Shown here: one piece after another, positions 38,646 through 46,536 of the stretch | How the letters are laid out: every line of letters starts with the position of its first letter | Position numbering within the stretch: position 1 is the stretch's first letter | IMG/VR virus record: IMGVR_UViG_3300020037_001957 | Location: 13,626-77,625 of that record | Length of the DNA stretch: 64,000 nt | Direction: 5' to 3' (one strand) | Origin: a virus | Taxonomy: Duplodnaviria; Caudoviricetes | The notes under the pieces: model-generated | The model's database searches: none | What the model was told of the DNA's origin: nothing | Seen by the model: only the letters and a program-made list of their open reading frames with translations | Program-made: the position numbers and the translations under genes

Positions 38646-39389
38646 CTAAAAAATATATTGATTACACTCAGTTTTATAGATACACCCGTCTTTATAATAG
38701 AACCCGCCGTAATTCAAAGCAGCCTTTATTATCAATGGATTTCTAGTAGCCTTAACAAAGGTTCTTAATCCTCCAAGACATAAAACATCCCCATTATTTT
38801 TGAATGAGGTGATTATACCATGAGCCGAAGCTACACTACATTTAAACATCTTAGAGAAATAAAGCATTGAAATCTTTAGTTGGTCGTTTTCGGTAGGTAA
38901 AGAACTTTGTTTAACACCAATCTTTTTTAATAGCTTTTTAGCTTTAGTAAAAGATTTAGTGTCGCTTGCATGAAGAATGTCCCTTCCAACTGTTTTCAAT
39001 GTATTAAAACTGTCTTGTAATGATTGTAGTATTTTTAGGCGTAGATTATAAACTATCTCTTTAACCTTGCCTTGAGTTGATATTTCTAAGTATATGAGTC
39101 TTTTTTCCTTGTTATCATCAATATTCTTTAGCTTGTTGAATATTAGATTATCTGCCGACATACGACACCAACCTAATTCTAAGAATAATGATACGTGTTT
39201 TTTGGCGGATGACCTGCTTATCCCAAACTTCTCAGATAATTTCTTTTGCGAATAAGAATAGATACAGGAATTACGGTATTTAGATTTAAGATAAAGAAAC
39301 ATTGCATATTCTTTAAGAAACCCTTGTTCAGCTAATTCTTTAGCATGAACAACATTAATAAGCAATTCTCTTTTCTTTTTAAATACCAT
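38646..39389 (-). CDS. HTH DNA-binding / replication-organiser-like protein
   Basis: 'YSQKKLSEKFGISRSSAKKHVSLFLELGW' wHTH; second helix-turn-helix-like 'YFSKMFKCSVASAH'. Confidence 0.55.
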   Translation of the reverse strand: MVFKKKRELLINVVHAKELAEQGFLKEYAMFLYLKSKYRNSCIYSYSQKKLSEKFGISRSSAKKHVSLFLELGWCRMSADNLIFNKLKNIDDNKEKRLIYLEISTQGKVKEIVYNLRLKILQSLQDSFNTLKTVGRDILHASDTKSFTKAKKLLKKIGVKQSSLPTENDQLKISMLYFSKMFKCSVASAHGIITSFKNNGDVLCLGGLRTFVKATRNPLIIKAALNYGGFYYKDGCIYKTECNQYIF

Positions 39390-39393
39390 TTCC

Positions 39394-39444
39394 TTACAAA
39401 CTTGTGACGAAATTTCATTTTGTTATTTCCTTACAAACTTGTGA
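39394..39444. promoter_or_regulatory. Paired box, copy 5
   Basis: TTACAAACTTGTGA at 39394 and 39431 (37 bp), 4 bp from ATG of HTH gene. Confidence 0.78.
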
Positions 39445-39632
39445 TGGAAATGTCCTAAAATGCAAAACCCGACCAAATTACTTTAGTCGGATTTAAAAAT
39501 GGTGGGTTTTGCCGGGCATTACCCCTTGAGAACACAAAGATACAAATATTTTAATTACCGACTAAAGTAACTCTTTCACAAATATAATGAGTATTTATTA
39601 ATATTCGACATACAACTTAATAATTTAACAAT

Positions 39633-40025
39633 TTATTTGTCAGCCGCCGAAGGATTTTCGTAAATATTACCTATTACTTCACAATTATCAAAGTTTAAAA
39701 CATAAGTTTCGCCTATTGATTTTGGTATAAATGAGCCTAATTGATAAGTGACAACCGCCCGATGTTCTTTTTTCTTGAATGATTTTGAACTAAATAAGGC
39801 TTGGCATATTAAAATATCCCCCTCATAAATATCCTTGCCGTTCTTGTCATTTCGCCCTATATACTCCATAAAAACCTTATCAGAGTCTTTCAAGTATTGA
39901 TTGATAATACCAAGAACAGAGCCTTTAACGCCATCCCAATAGTCTATATCCTGACTTAATTGCTTTTCAGGCAGCTCCATTTTCTTATAATCAGCGTGCC
40001 ACACTCTAAATTTTATTTCTCTCAT
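39633..40025 (-). CDS. YopX family protein
   Basis: MREIKFRVW...Y.G..DKNGK.IYEGDI...EVIGNIYEN. Confidence 0.88.
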   Translation of the reverse strand: MREIKFRVWHADYKKMELPEKQLSQDIDYWDGVKGSVLGIINQYLKDSDKVFMEYIGRNDKNGKDIYEGDILICQALFSSKSFKKKEHRAVVTYQLGSFIPKSIGETYVLNFDNCEVIGNIYENPSAADK

Positions 40026-40230
40026 AATTACATACGTTTATACTCGATTTCTATCTGTTTTAATAACACTCCATTCCTTTCATTACGAAGATTATCTTCT
40101 CTTTCAATGTGCTGATATAGCATCTTTACAGCTATTTTAAACAGCCGCCGAATATCTTTATCCTCCACCTTATCCACATCGTGTCCCATAAATACAAGTC
40201 TTTTCTCTTCCATAATTACATACGTTTATA
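40023..40230. repeat. 20-bp direct repeat flanking ORF 40028-40213
   Basis: CATAATTACATACGTTTATA at 40023-40042 and 40211-40230. Confidence 0.85.
40028..40213 (-). CDS. Hypothetical protein
   Basis: Ends IEYKRM like the upstream ORF. Confidence 0.55.
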   Translation of the reverse strand: MEEKRLVFMGHDVDKVEDKDIRRLFKIAVKMLYQHIEREDNLRNERNGVLLKQIEIEYKRM

Positions 40231-40500
40231 TTCTATTCCTACACTTTCTATTTCTTCAACCGCCAATCTCACAGCGTCCGATAAGGCGAATAAATCTAAG
40301 CCTAAAGGGATATTCTCATGCCCCCATTCATATTCTGTGTCTTTAGCTGTTTGAGGGTCGGGGTCACTATCCACCACCTCGGCGGCTATGTATTCAATCA
40401 TTATCTGATTATCATCCACCGTCACTTTATAATGTCTATCCTTATCTCCTAAAGCGTGGCACAATGCTTTCACTACTAATTTAATCTCGCTATTTGTCAT
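40216..40500 (-). CDS. Hypothetical protein
   Basis: ORF packing. Confidence 0.55.
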   Translation of the reverse strand: MTNSEIKLVVKALCHALGDKDRHYKVTVDDNQIMIEYIAAEVVDSDPDPQTAKDTEYEWGHENIPLGLDLFALSDAVRLAVEEIESVGIEYKRM

Positions 40501-40501
40501 G

Positions 40502-40708
40502 TTACTTGTCGTTAATGATTATTAGTGAATTTTTAAGATACAGTGACGTAAATATAATTCGGCACTTACTATCGGTGTAGTCTATTGTAGAAGAAGAAGC
40601 GTGGTCATTAAGGCAATCAAACAAAGCTTTTACAAACTTATCCGAATCATCTTCTTTTAAAATGTTTAAAATTGTCTTTTTACTACCGTTGTTTATCTCT
40701 ATTTTCAT
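40502..40708 (-). CDS. Hypothetical protein
   Basis: ORF packing. Confidence 0.5.
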   Translation of the reverse strand: MKIEINNGSKKTILNILKEDDSDKFVKALFDCLNDHASSSTIDYTDSKCRIIFTSLYLKNSLIIINDK

Positions 40709-40874
40709 CTTATTTATTGTTTTTAATTCTTAAATAATCAAGGTATAGTTCTAAGTTGAACGTCCCTCCTTTTGTATCTCCGTGTGCTGATAGCCACCAC
40801 GACTCCATGTAGGCTATGTTAATTGCGTTTATTGGATTCATTTTATTGGTTTTTAAAATTGATTCTGTTGTTTA

Positions 40875-40900
40875 TACTAACATTCAAGCCGAAAGGTTGC
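40875..40900 (-). promoter_or_regulatory. ECF-type promoter GCAACC-N16-AGTA
   Basis: Exact spacing; heads the leftward block. Confidence 0.5.
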
Positions 40901-41052
40901 GCTAAAACACCTTAAAAACCATTTTAAATTCATTATATAGGCAAATCAAATAATTGATACCCTCTGAAATAAATTATCGTCTATTATCATCGGGGCTAAT
41001 TTAGTGATAAATCAATTCAAAATCCACTATTCTTATTTATTCTCTTAATTGT

Positions 41053-41084
41053 TTTGGAGTTTACTTTATTAATAGATACATTTG
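41053..41084 (+). promoter_or_regulatory. Bacteroidota primary-sigma promoter TTTG-N20-TACATTTG
   Basis: Matches established -33 TTTG / -7 TAnnTTTG consensus. Confidence 0.7.
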
Positions 41085-41197
41085 TATAACCAAAAGCTCC
41101 GTGGTTGGAAAGCTAAAGTGGTTGTTTTCATAAATTGGTTTAAAAAGTAACAAAGCTGCGGTGAATCTGCGGCTTTTTGCTTTTAACAAATCTTTTT

Positions 41198-41223
41198 GCA
41201 ACCTTTACCCCATCCCTATCGTT
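41198..41223 (+). promoter_or_regulatory. ECF-type promoter GCAACC-N16-CGTT
   Basis: Exact spacing; 22 bp before ATG 41246. Confidence 0.6.
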
Positions 41224-41245
41224 AAACTATAAAAACCAACTAACC

Positions 41246-41467
41246 ATGAAATATAGAATTAAAGTAATAACCTACGCCAACGGAAGAAAAGAACACTTTG
41301 CTCAGTTTAAAACCTTTTGGGGATGGCGATATTTAGGAATCGACGGAGACATCCACCCATCGCCTGTTGCACAAGATAACAGAGACCATTCTTTAAGAAG
41401 AATAGACAAGCATTTTAATGGTAACGCTAAGCATCAAACAATTGAATTTGAATACATAAACAAATAG
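41246..41467 (+). CDS. Hypothetical protein (likely start 41246)
   Basis: MKYRIK...AQ.K...GW pattern; the track start lies upstream of the promoter. Confidence 0.6.
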   Translation: MKYRIKVITYANGRKEHFAQFKTFWGWRYLGIDGDIHPSPVAQDNRDHSLRRIDKHFNGNAKHQTIEFEYINK

Positions 41468-41470
41468 CCT

Positions 41471-41674
41471 ATGCCATCAAAAGACGAAATCATTGAGCAA
41501 TTAGAATCCCTTATCTTGAGAAGAAACCAAGAATTAGGGGACGCGAGAATAACCGCAGTTAACCTATCAGCAGACAACATGAGTCTAAACAACATCGTGG
41601 ACAACTTGCGCGCTGAAATAGAAGAGAAAGACAAACAAATAGCCCTCCTTAACGCCTTAAATAAACCACTATGA
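41471..41674 (+). CDS. Coiled-coil hypothetical protein
   Basis: ORF packing. Confidence 0.55.
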   Translation: MPSKDEIIEQLESLILRRNQELGDARITAVNLSADNMSLNNIVDNLRAEIEEKDKQIALLNALNKPL

Positions 41675-41970
41675 TAGAAACATTAACATTAGCAGTATTA
41701 GCAGTAATCTTAGGATTCATATTAAATAAGCAGCAAAATAAAATAGAGGACCTTGAGTCAAAAACAAGATGCTTACTCACCGAAGTTTCCATACTACAAT
41801 TTGTACTAAGTAATCCTAGGAAATACAATACGGGCGATAGAATAGAAGAAGACGATTGCCATGGAACAGTTGTAAGTTGTGAAGTTGAATTTACCGCAGG
41901 AAGAAAAAAAGGTTATGAATGGCACGTTACTTATATTGATGATAACAAAATTAAACACCTATACCTATGA
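41671..41970 (+). CDS. Hypothetical protein with N-terminal TM
   Basis: Hydrophobic N-terminus. Confidence 0.55.
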   Translation: MIETLTLAVLAVILGFILNKQQNKIEDLESKTRCLLTEVSILQFVLSNPRKYNTGDRIEEDDCHGTVVSCEVEFTAGRKKGYEWHVTYIDDNKIKHLYL

Positions 41971-42224
41971 GAAAATCTGACTTACCATCCCGCGAAGACC
42001 CCGAATACATGGATGAACTTGAAAAAATGCCACGCAACGTCATTTACTTTCTTGGTATATTCATTCTATCAGCCGTGTTTATTTACTGCGCCTACTTAAT
42101 GATGGGAGCTTTAAATCTTATTGTTTCATTATTAGTGATAGGTTCAATATTTGTACTATTTTTGTATATCAGAAAAGGAATATTAACCGCCCGTAAAAAC
42201 AATAAAAATGGGAGAATATCTTAG
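41967..42224 (+). CDS. Two-TM membrane protein
   Basis: Hydrophobicity. Confidence 0.55.
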   Translation: MRKSDLPSREDPEYMDELEKMPRNVIYFLGIFILSAVFIYCAYLMMGALNLIVSLLVIGSIFVLFLYIRKGILTARKNNKNGRIS

Positions 42225-42371
42225 ACCGCCTTACAAAAAGCTAAACAGGGAAACAGGTAAATGGGAGTTAGTAACCCCAACGCCTGTTGAATTTACCACC
42301 GAAAAGGACGTATTCAGGGCAGTTGACGTTAAAACCATAGGAGTTCACAAGAAAACTAAAAAACCAAAGAA

Positions 42372-42761
42372 ATGAGAGAAATTGAAGGAACAATTAAGTA
42401 CAAGATTACCGTGGATGAGAAAACAGGGTGGCATTTAGAATACACCCAAAGCTCAGAGAACGACTTAGCAGTAATGGCTATCGGTCAGCAGCTTATGGAA
42501 TACTCAGAGCAACACTTTGAAGAAACTCTCAAAGACCAATCTCTTTCAACCAAAAGCAAGACATTCTTTAAAGGGAGACTTACCAAGGTACGGGCAGCTA
42601 AATTTGGATTACAACTCATGTGTAGCTATTTAATGTCTGTTATTGATGAATACCATGCTTTTGTGGCTGATAACAAGAAACAACAAGAACCCGCCCCTCT
42701 CACCGAGAAAGAACAGAAAGCTATTTTGGAGATGATGGGTAAAATGGAAGGTAAGGCGTGA
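42372..42761 (+). CDS. Hypothetical protein
   Basis: ORF packing. Confidence 0.6.
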   Translation: MREIEGTIKYKITVDEKTGWHLEYTQSSENDLAVMAIGQQLMEYSEQHFEETLKDQSLSTKSKTFFKGRLTKVRAAKFGLQLMCSYLMSVIDEYHAFVADNKKQQEPAPLTEKEQKAILEMMGKMEGKA

Positions 42762-43129
42762 GATTCGACTTACATTCTCAAATGATTTTAGCAGAGCTTA
42801 AAAACCTCTACGACACAGACGGAAGCTATGGCACTTACCCCACACTGTATGATTTTTTAGTGAAAGAGGAGCATGACTTCGGGATAAGTGATGAGAGGAA
42901 AGGGGAGCTGTGGAAGAAATCAGTGGCTAAATTTAATTTGAATGAGAAGAGAATTATAGCCATTTGGGAGAAGGAAGCGTTAACAAAGAGATTGCATGAT
43001 TATTACAAATCATCTTTGGCGGCTGAATATTTACTCAGAGTAAAGAATGAAACAGGAATGACATTAGACATTAAGGATGAACAAGGAAACAAACTTTCTC
43101 TACTCACTCCGAAACCTTACGAAGAATAA
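42758..43129 (+). CDS. Hypothetical protein
   Basis: GTGA coupling. Confidence 0.55.
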   Translation: MRFDLHSQMILAELKNLYDTDGSYGTYPTLYDFLVKEEHDFGISDERKGELWKKSVAKFNLNEKRIIAIWEKEALTKRLHDYYKSSLAAEYLLRVKNETGMTLDIKDEQGNKLSLLTPKPYEE

Positions 43130-43204
43130 TGCGTATAAAGTGGTAGATAACGTTTTGCAGCTACCAGAAGGGCGGGATTTTAACAACAAAATAAACTTAG
43201 AAAG

Positions 43205-43465
43205 ATGAACAATAATTTAACCACAAATGCTTCTAACGAAGCCGAAAGACCCGCCTTTTTGGTAGGTGCTGTTATAGGTAGTATTTTTAGGTGGGGTTTC
43301 AGAATTATAAACTGGAATCACTTTAGGATAAAAGCACATAATGGCAAACCAAGAATAAAGCGGATAATTAAATTGAAAGGATTTAGAACGGCTTTGATTG
43401 AAGAATATAATGGTAACAGATGTACTTCTCGTTTTTACTGGCGGGTCGGCAAATATTACCTATAA
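43205..43465 (+). CDS. Cassette-borne hypothetical protein
   Basis: Starts inside hairpin 1 (AFLVGAVIGS is the translated right arm); stop overlaps next ATAAC. Confidence 0.5.
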   Translation: MNNNLTTNASNEAERPAFLVGAVIGSIFRWGFRIINWNHFRIKAHNGKPRIKRIIKLKGFRTALIEEYNGNRCTSRFYWRVGKYYL

Positions 43466-43515
43466 CGGTTTGCGGCTAAACTCTCGTTATTTTTAAACAC
43501 TAAAAACTAAATAAT

Positions 43516-43704
43516 ATGGCAGGAATTAATTTTACAGATGAACGTGAATATGCACCTAAACTCAAATTTAAAAATAATGGAGTTTTAGCTGCTGTTATAA
43601 GTTCGGTTTGCGATTGTGAACCACACACTTTTTATGAATGGGAAAAGGATGAGAATAAATGTAGTCAATGTGGTAAACCGATATACGAGCAAACTGACTT
43701 ATAA
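43516..43704 (+). CDS. Cassette-borne small Cys-rich protein
   Basis: Starts in hairpin 2 (GVLAAVISS); CxC...CxxC; stop in next ATAAC. Confidence 0.5.
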   Translation: MAGINFTDEREYAPKLKFKNNGVLAAVISSVCDCEPHTFYEWEKDENKCSQCGKPIYEQTDL

Positions 43705-43845
43705 CTACTCGATATGCGTAATTTTTTGTAATTTAATTTATTGATAATCAATATTTAATTTTACAAGGCATAATTTAGTCGTTAGTAAGAAGTTAAACAA
43801 AAGCAAGCCAATAGACTGTAAATCAATAATATAATTTACAAAGAC

Positions 43846-44079
43846 ATGAGAGCAGAAATTAAGTCAAAATGGTGGTCAGAAAAACTACAAATTGGCATAA
43901 CAGAAGATAAGGATGTTTATATAATTATAAAAGGAAATCCTGTTAAACTAAAGAAAGAATTTCACATGAACAGACCTCATTATAGAATACCAGGAACGTC
44001 TAAAAGATTTTCAGATTTAACCATAAATAAAAACTCTAAATTAGAGGAAAAAATTATTGTAGATTTTCTACCTTTTTAA
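43846..44079 (+). CDS. Hypothetical protein
   Basis: ORF packing; ends 'LPF'. Confidence 0.55.
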   Translation: MRAEIKSKWWSEKLQIGITEDKDVYIIIKGNPVKLKKEFHMNRPHYRIPGTSKRFSDLTINKNSKLEEKIIVDFLPF

Positions 44080-44093
44080 TAGTAACACAGCCA

Positions 44094-44444
44094 ATGAAAA
44101 CAATTAAAGAAAACGAATACTTCCAAGTGGGGGAGACAATCTTTCAATACGTAATTGTTGAAGGAAAGCATAAGCTAATCCCTACAAAGAAAGTAGTGAA
44201 GAAAGTCTTTACACCCCCAACACTCGACCAAGTGAAAGGATATTTTGCCGATGAAGGTTACACTGAAGAAACCGCAATCAGAGCATTTAACCACTACGAC
44301 AAAGGTAATTGGCACGATGCCAACGGCAAACCTGTTAAGAATTGGAAACAAAAACTCTATACCAACTGGATGAAACCCGAAAATAAAATATGCCAACCAC
44401 AAGCACCACAACCACTAAAAAGAGAAGGAGAGTTTTTATTCTAA
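44094..44444 (+). CDS. Replication initiator/helicase-loader-like protein
   Basis: 'FTPPTLDQVK.YF...F..HY...NW...G..VKNWK' domain; directly before DnaB. Confidence 0.65.
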   Translation: MKTIKENEYFQVGETIFQYVIVEGKHKLIPTKKVVKKVFTPPTLDQVKGYFADEGYTEETAIRAFNHYDKGNWHDANGKPVKNWKQKLYTNWMKPENKICQPQAPQPLKREGEFLF

Positions 44445-44445
44445 T

Positions 44446-45843
44446 ATGAACACCAATCTAATTGACATCGAATACAAATTACTAGGAGCTTACATGACAG
44501 CCCCCGAACTGTTTAATGACGTAGAACACCTTGTCAAAGCAAATATATTTACCACGCCTATCACAAAGTCTGTATATGACATTGTTAAAGAATACCACGA
44601 CAAAAACATACAGTCGGACAGCGTTTTGCTGTGGAACGCTCTGATAAAAAAAGGATTCTCCCAAGTAGATTGCTCTCAAGTTGCCCTGTTAGAATATCCA
44701 TCTCACCTACCATCAATCATGGTTAAGGAATATGTTATTGACCTGTTTAATCAATCCATCGGCAGATATTTATACCCCATAATGCAAGCTCAGTTAAAGT
44801 CTAACGACCCAATGAGCGCCATGCTTACACTTAAAGACGCTATTCTCAATATTGATATGGTAGTCAATAATGTAAGCAGAGAGAAAGGGATATACAAGCA
44901 GTTTGATGAAACGATACAAAGGATAATAGACCTTAAAACAAAGGTTATAGAGAGGGCGGGATTCAGTTGGGGCATTCCATCACTTGACTATAAAACTCTT
45001 GGCATAGTGCAAGGTATTAACGTAGTGGCGGCTGATAAAGGAGGAGGAAAGTCTAGCCTTGTAATTAATATTATCGTGGAGAACGTATTTAAGAGTGGTA
45101 TTCCGCTTCTATTCTTCTCAATGGAGATGACCGCAATAGAAGTGCTAACAAACATAATTGCCAACATACAACGCATCAACTCAAAAGCCCTCAGAACAGG
45201 GCAAGTTGACGACAATGAGATTAAGACAATAAAAGAAATAAAGAATAAGCTAAACGAGTCCTTCGTAATTGATGAAACAGGCGGTATAACTTGGGAATAC
45301 TTCGAGAGCAAGGTTAAAGCTCACAGAAAGAAACATAAGATTCCCGCAAATGTTACCATGCTCGTTGTATTAGATTACTTAGGGCTGATGAAAAACAGCG
45401 CAGGAGAGTCGAGAATGAGTAAGGAAGAGAAAATTGAGCAGATATGTACAGAGCTTATGAGAATATGTAAGAATGAAAACATAGCGCTCGTTAAATTAGC
45501 TCAGTTTAGCAGGGAAGCAAGCAGAAGAGGAAACGATACATTTAATGTAAAAACAGATGAAGATAGATTAAAAGCCCTGCGCCCGAAGATGAGCGACCTA
45601 AAAGGTTCGTCTGCCATTGAGAGTAATGCCGTTACAATTCTAATGCTCTATCGTCCCGAATATTATGGAATACTGCAATCTAATGGAACTGACTTTAGAG
45701 AACTTTGCGAGATAAATATAGCGAAGGGAAGGTATGTAAACCCCGGACCCGTTTACGCTAAGTTCCAAGGTAAATACAATTTATTTGAGGATTACATATT
45801 ACCCGACAGTGACATTAAGACCGATACAGAACCAAGTTTTTAA
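44446..45843 (+). CDS. dnaB: Replicative DnaB-like helicase
   Basis: AADKGGGKSS Walker A, FFSMEM, VVLDYLGLM, LAQFSR, SDLKGSSAIE, INIAKGR. Confidence 0.92.
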   Translation: MNTNLIDIEYKLLGAYMTAPELFNDVEHLVKANIFTTPITKSVYDIVKEYHDKNIQSDSVLLWNALIKKGFSQVDCSQVALLEYPSHLPSIMVKEYVIDLFNQSIGRYLYPIMQAQLKSNDPMSAMLTLKDAILNIDMVVNNVSREKGIYKQFDETIQRIIDLKTKVIERAGFSWGIPSLDYKTLGIVQGINVVAADKGGGKSSLVINIIVENVFKSGIPLLFFSMEMTAIEVLTNIIANIQRINSKALRTGQVDDNEIKTIKEIKNKLNESFVIDETGGITWEYFESKVKAHRKKHKIPANVTMLVVLDYLGLMKNSAGESRMSKEEKIEQICTELMRICKNENIALVKLAQFSREASRRGNDTFNVKTDEDRLKALRPKMSDLKGSSAIESNAVTILMLYRPEYYGILQSNGTDFRELCEINIAKGRYVNPGPVYAKFQGKYNLFEDYILPDSDIKTDTEPSF

Positions 45844-45860
45844 AATACTTTAATTATTTT

Positions 45861-45886
45861 GCAACCTTTTATCTTTGAGTTACGTT
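45861..45886 (+). promoter_or_regulatory. ECF-type promoter GCAACC-N16-CGTT
   Basis: Exact spacing match. Confidence 0.6.
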
Positions 45887-45894
45887 AAAATACT

Positions 45895-46001
45895 AAAATG
45901 AGGGAAGAGATACCGTTTAATTGCAATCAATAATGAGATTTGTGGTTATTACAAGGGCGGTTTGGCTTAAACGCTGTTCAATTCAGTGAATCCCTCATTT
46001 T
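45895..46001 (+). ncRNA. Candidate structured ncRNA
   Basis: 11-bp terminal inverted repeat AAAATGAGGGA/TCCCTCATTTT with an internal hairpin; no ORF. Confidence 0.35.
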
Positions 46002-46020
46002 ACACGTTCTTTATAAATAT

Positions 46021-46114
46021 GTTTTGGTGGCGAAATTGGCGAAACGCTAACCCGTAGCGGGTAGAGGCAAAAGAAAATAAGTCCTTCTTACAGGTTCGAA
46101 TCCTGTCCAAAACA
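46021..46114 (+). tRNA. tRNA-like RNA (Leu-TAG-type, class II) with non-canonical anticodon arm; possible pseudo-tRNA
   Basis: Acceptor GTTTTGG/CCAAAAC, D arm GCG..TTGG..CGC, T arm ACAGG-TTCGAAT-CCTGT, long variable arm. Confidence 0.6.
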
Positions 46115-46137
46115 CAAATTATTTAAACCAATATAAA

Positions 46138-46323
46138 ATGAAAAAATCAACTCATCAATTAGAACAGGAGCTAATTCAGGCGGATAAGAAATACGCTTTA
46201 CTAGAAGCTGAACACAACGGGTTAAAACATTCGTTCAGTCTCATCAAAGCGAATTTTGAAAGAGAAAAATGCAGGTTAGATTCAGTGTTACAATCATTAG
46301 CAAACATTACAAAAAATAAATAA
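46138..46323 (+). CDS. Coiled-coil hypothetical protein
   Basis: ORF packing. Confidence 0.55.
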   Translation: MKKSTHQLEQELIQADKKYALLEAEHNGLKHSFSLIKANFEREKCRLDSVLQSLANITKNK

Positions 46324-46324
46324 A

Positions 46325-46534
46325 ATGAAAACAAAGTTAGTTGAAAATTCATCTCAGGTTTCAGAAATCGGATATGATGAAAAAGAAAAAATCTTTTTAG
46401 TAGTCTACAAAACAGGGGCTAAATACCACTACTATAACATCGAACCCGAAATTTGGGAAGGAGCGCAATCAGCAGAGTCAGTTGGCTCTTACATCCACCA
46501 ACACGTTAAAACTCACTCTTACAAACGCGTATAA
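46325..46534 (+). CDS. KTSC domain protein
   Basis: 'SS.V..IGYD......V.YK.G..Y.YYNI.......A.S.GSY...HVK' pattern. Confidence 0.85.
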   Translation: MKTKLVENSSQVSEIGYDEKEKIFLVVYKTGAKYHYYNIEPEIWEGAQSAESVGSYIHQHVKTHSYKRV

Positions 46535-46536
46535 TT

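Larger units (their letters stand above)
43146..43785 (+). mobile_element. Array of three attC-like ATAAC...GTTAT/G hairpins delimiting two cassette-like ORFs
   Basis: Hairpins 43147-43275, 43462-43598 and degenerate 43701-43785; ORF stop codons lie inside ATAAC. Confidence 0.6.
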
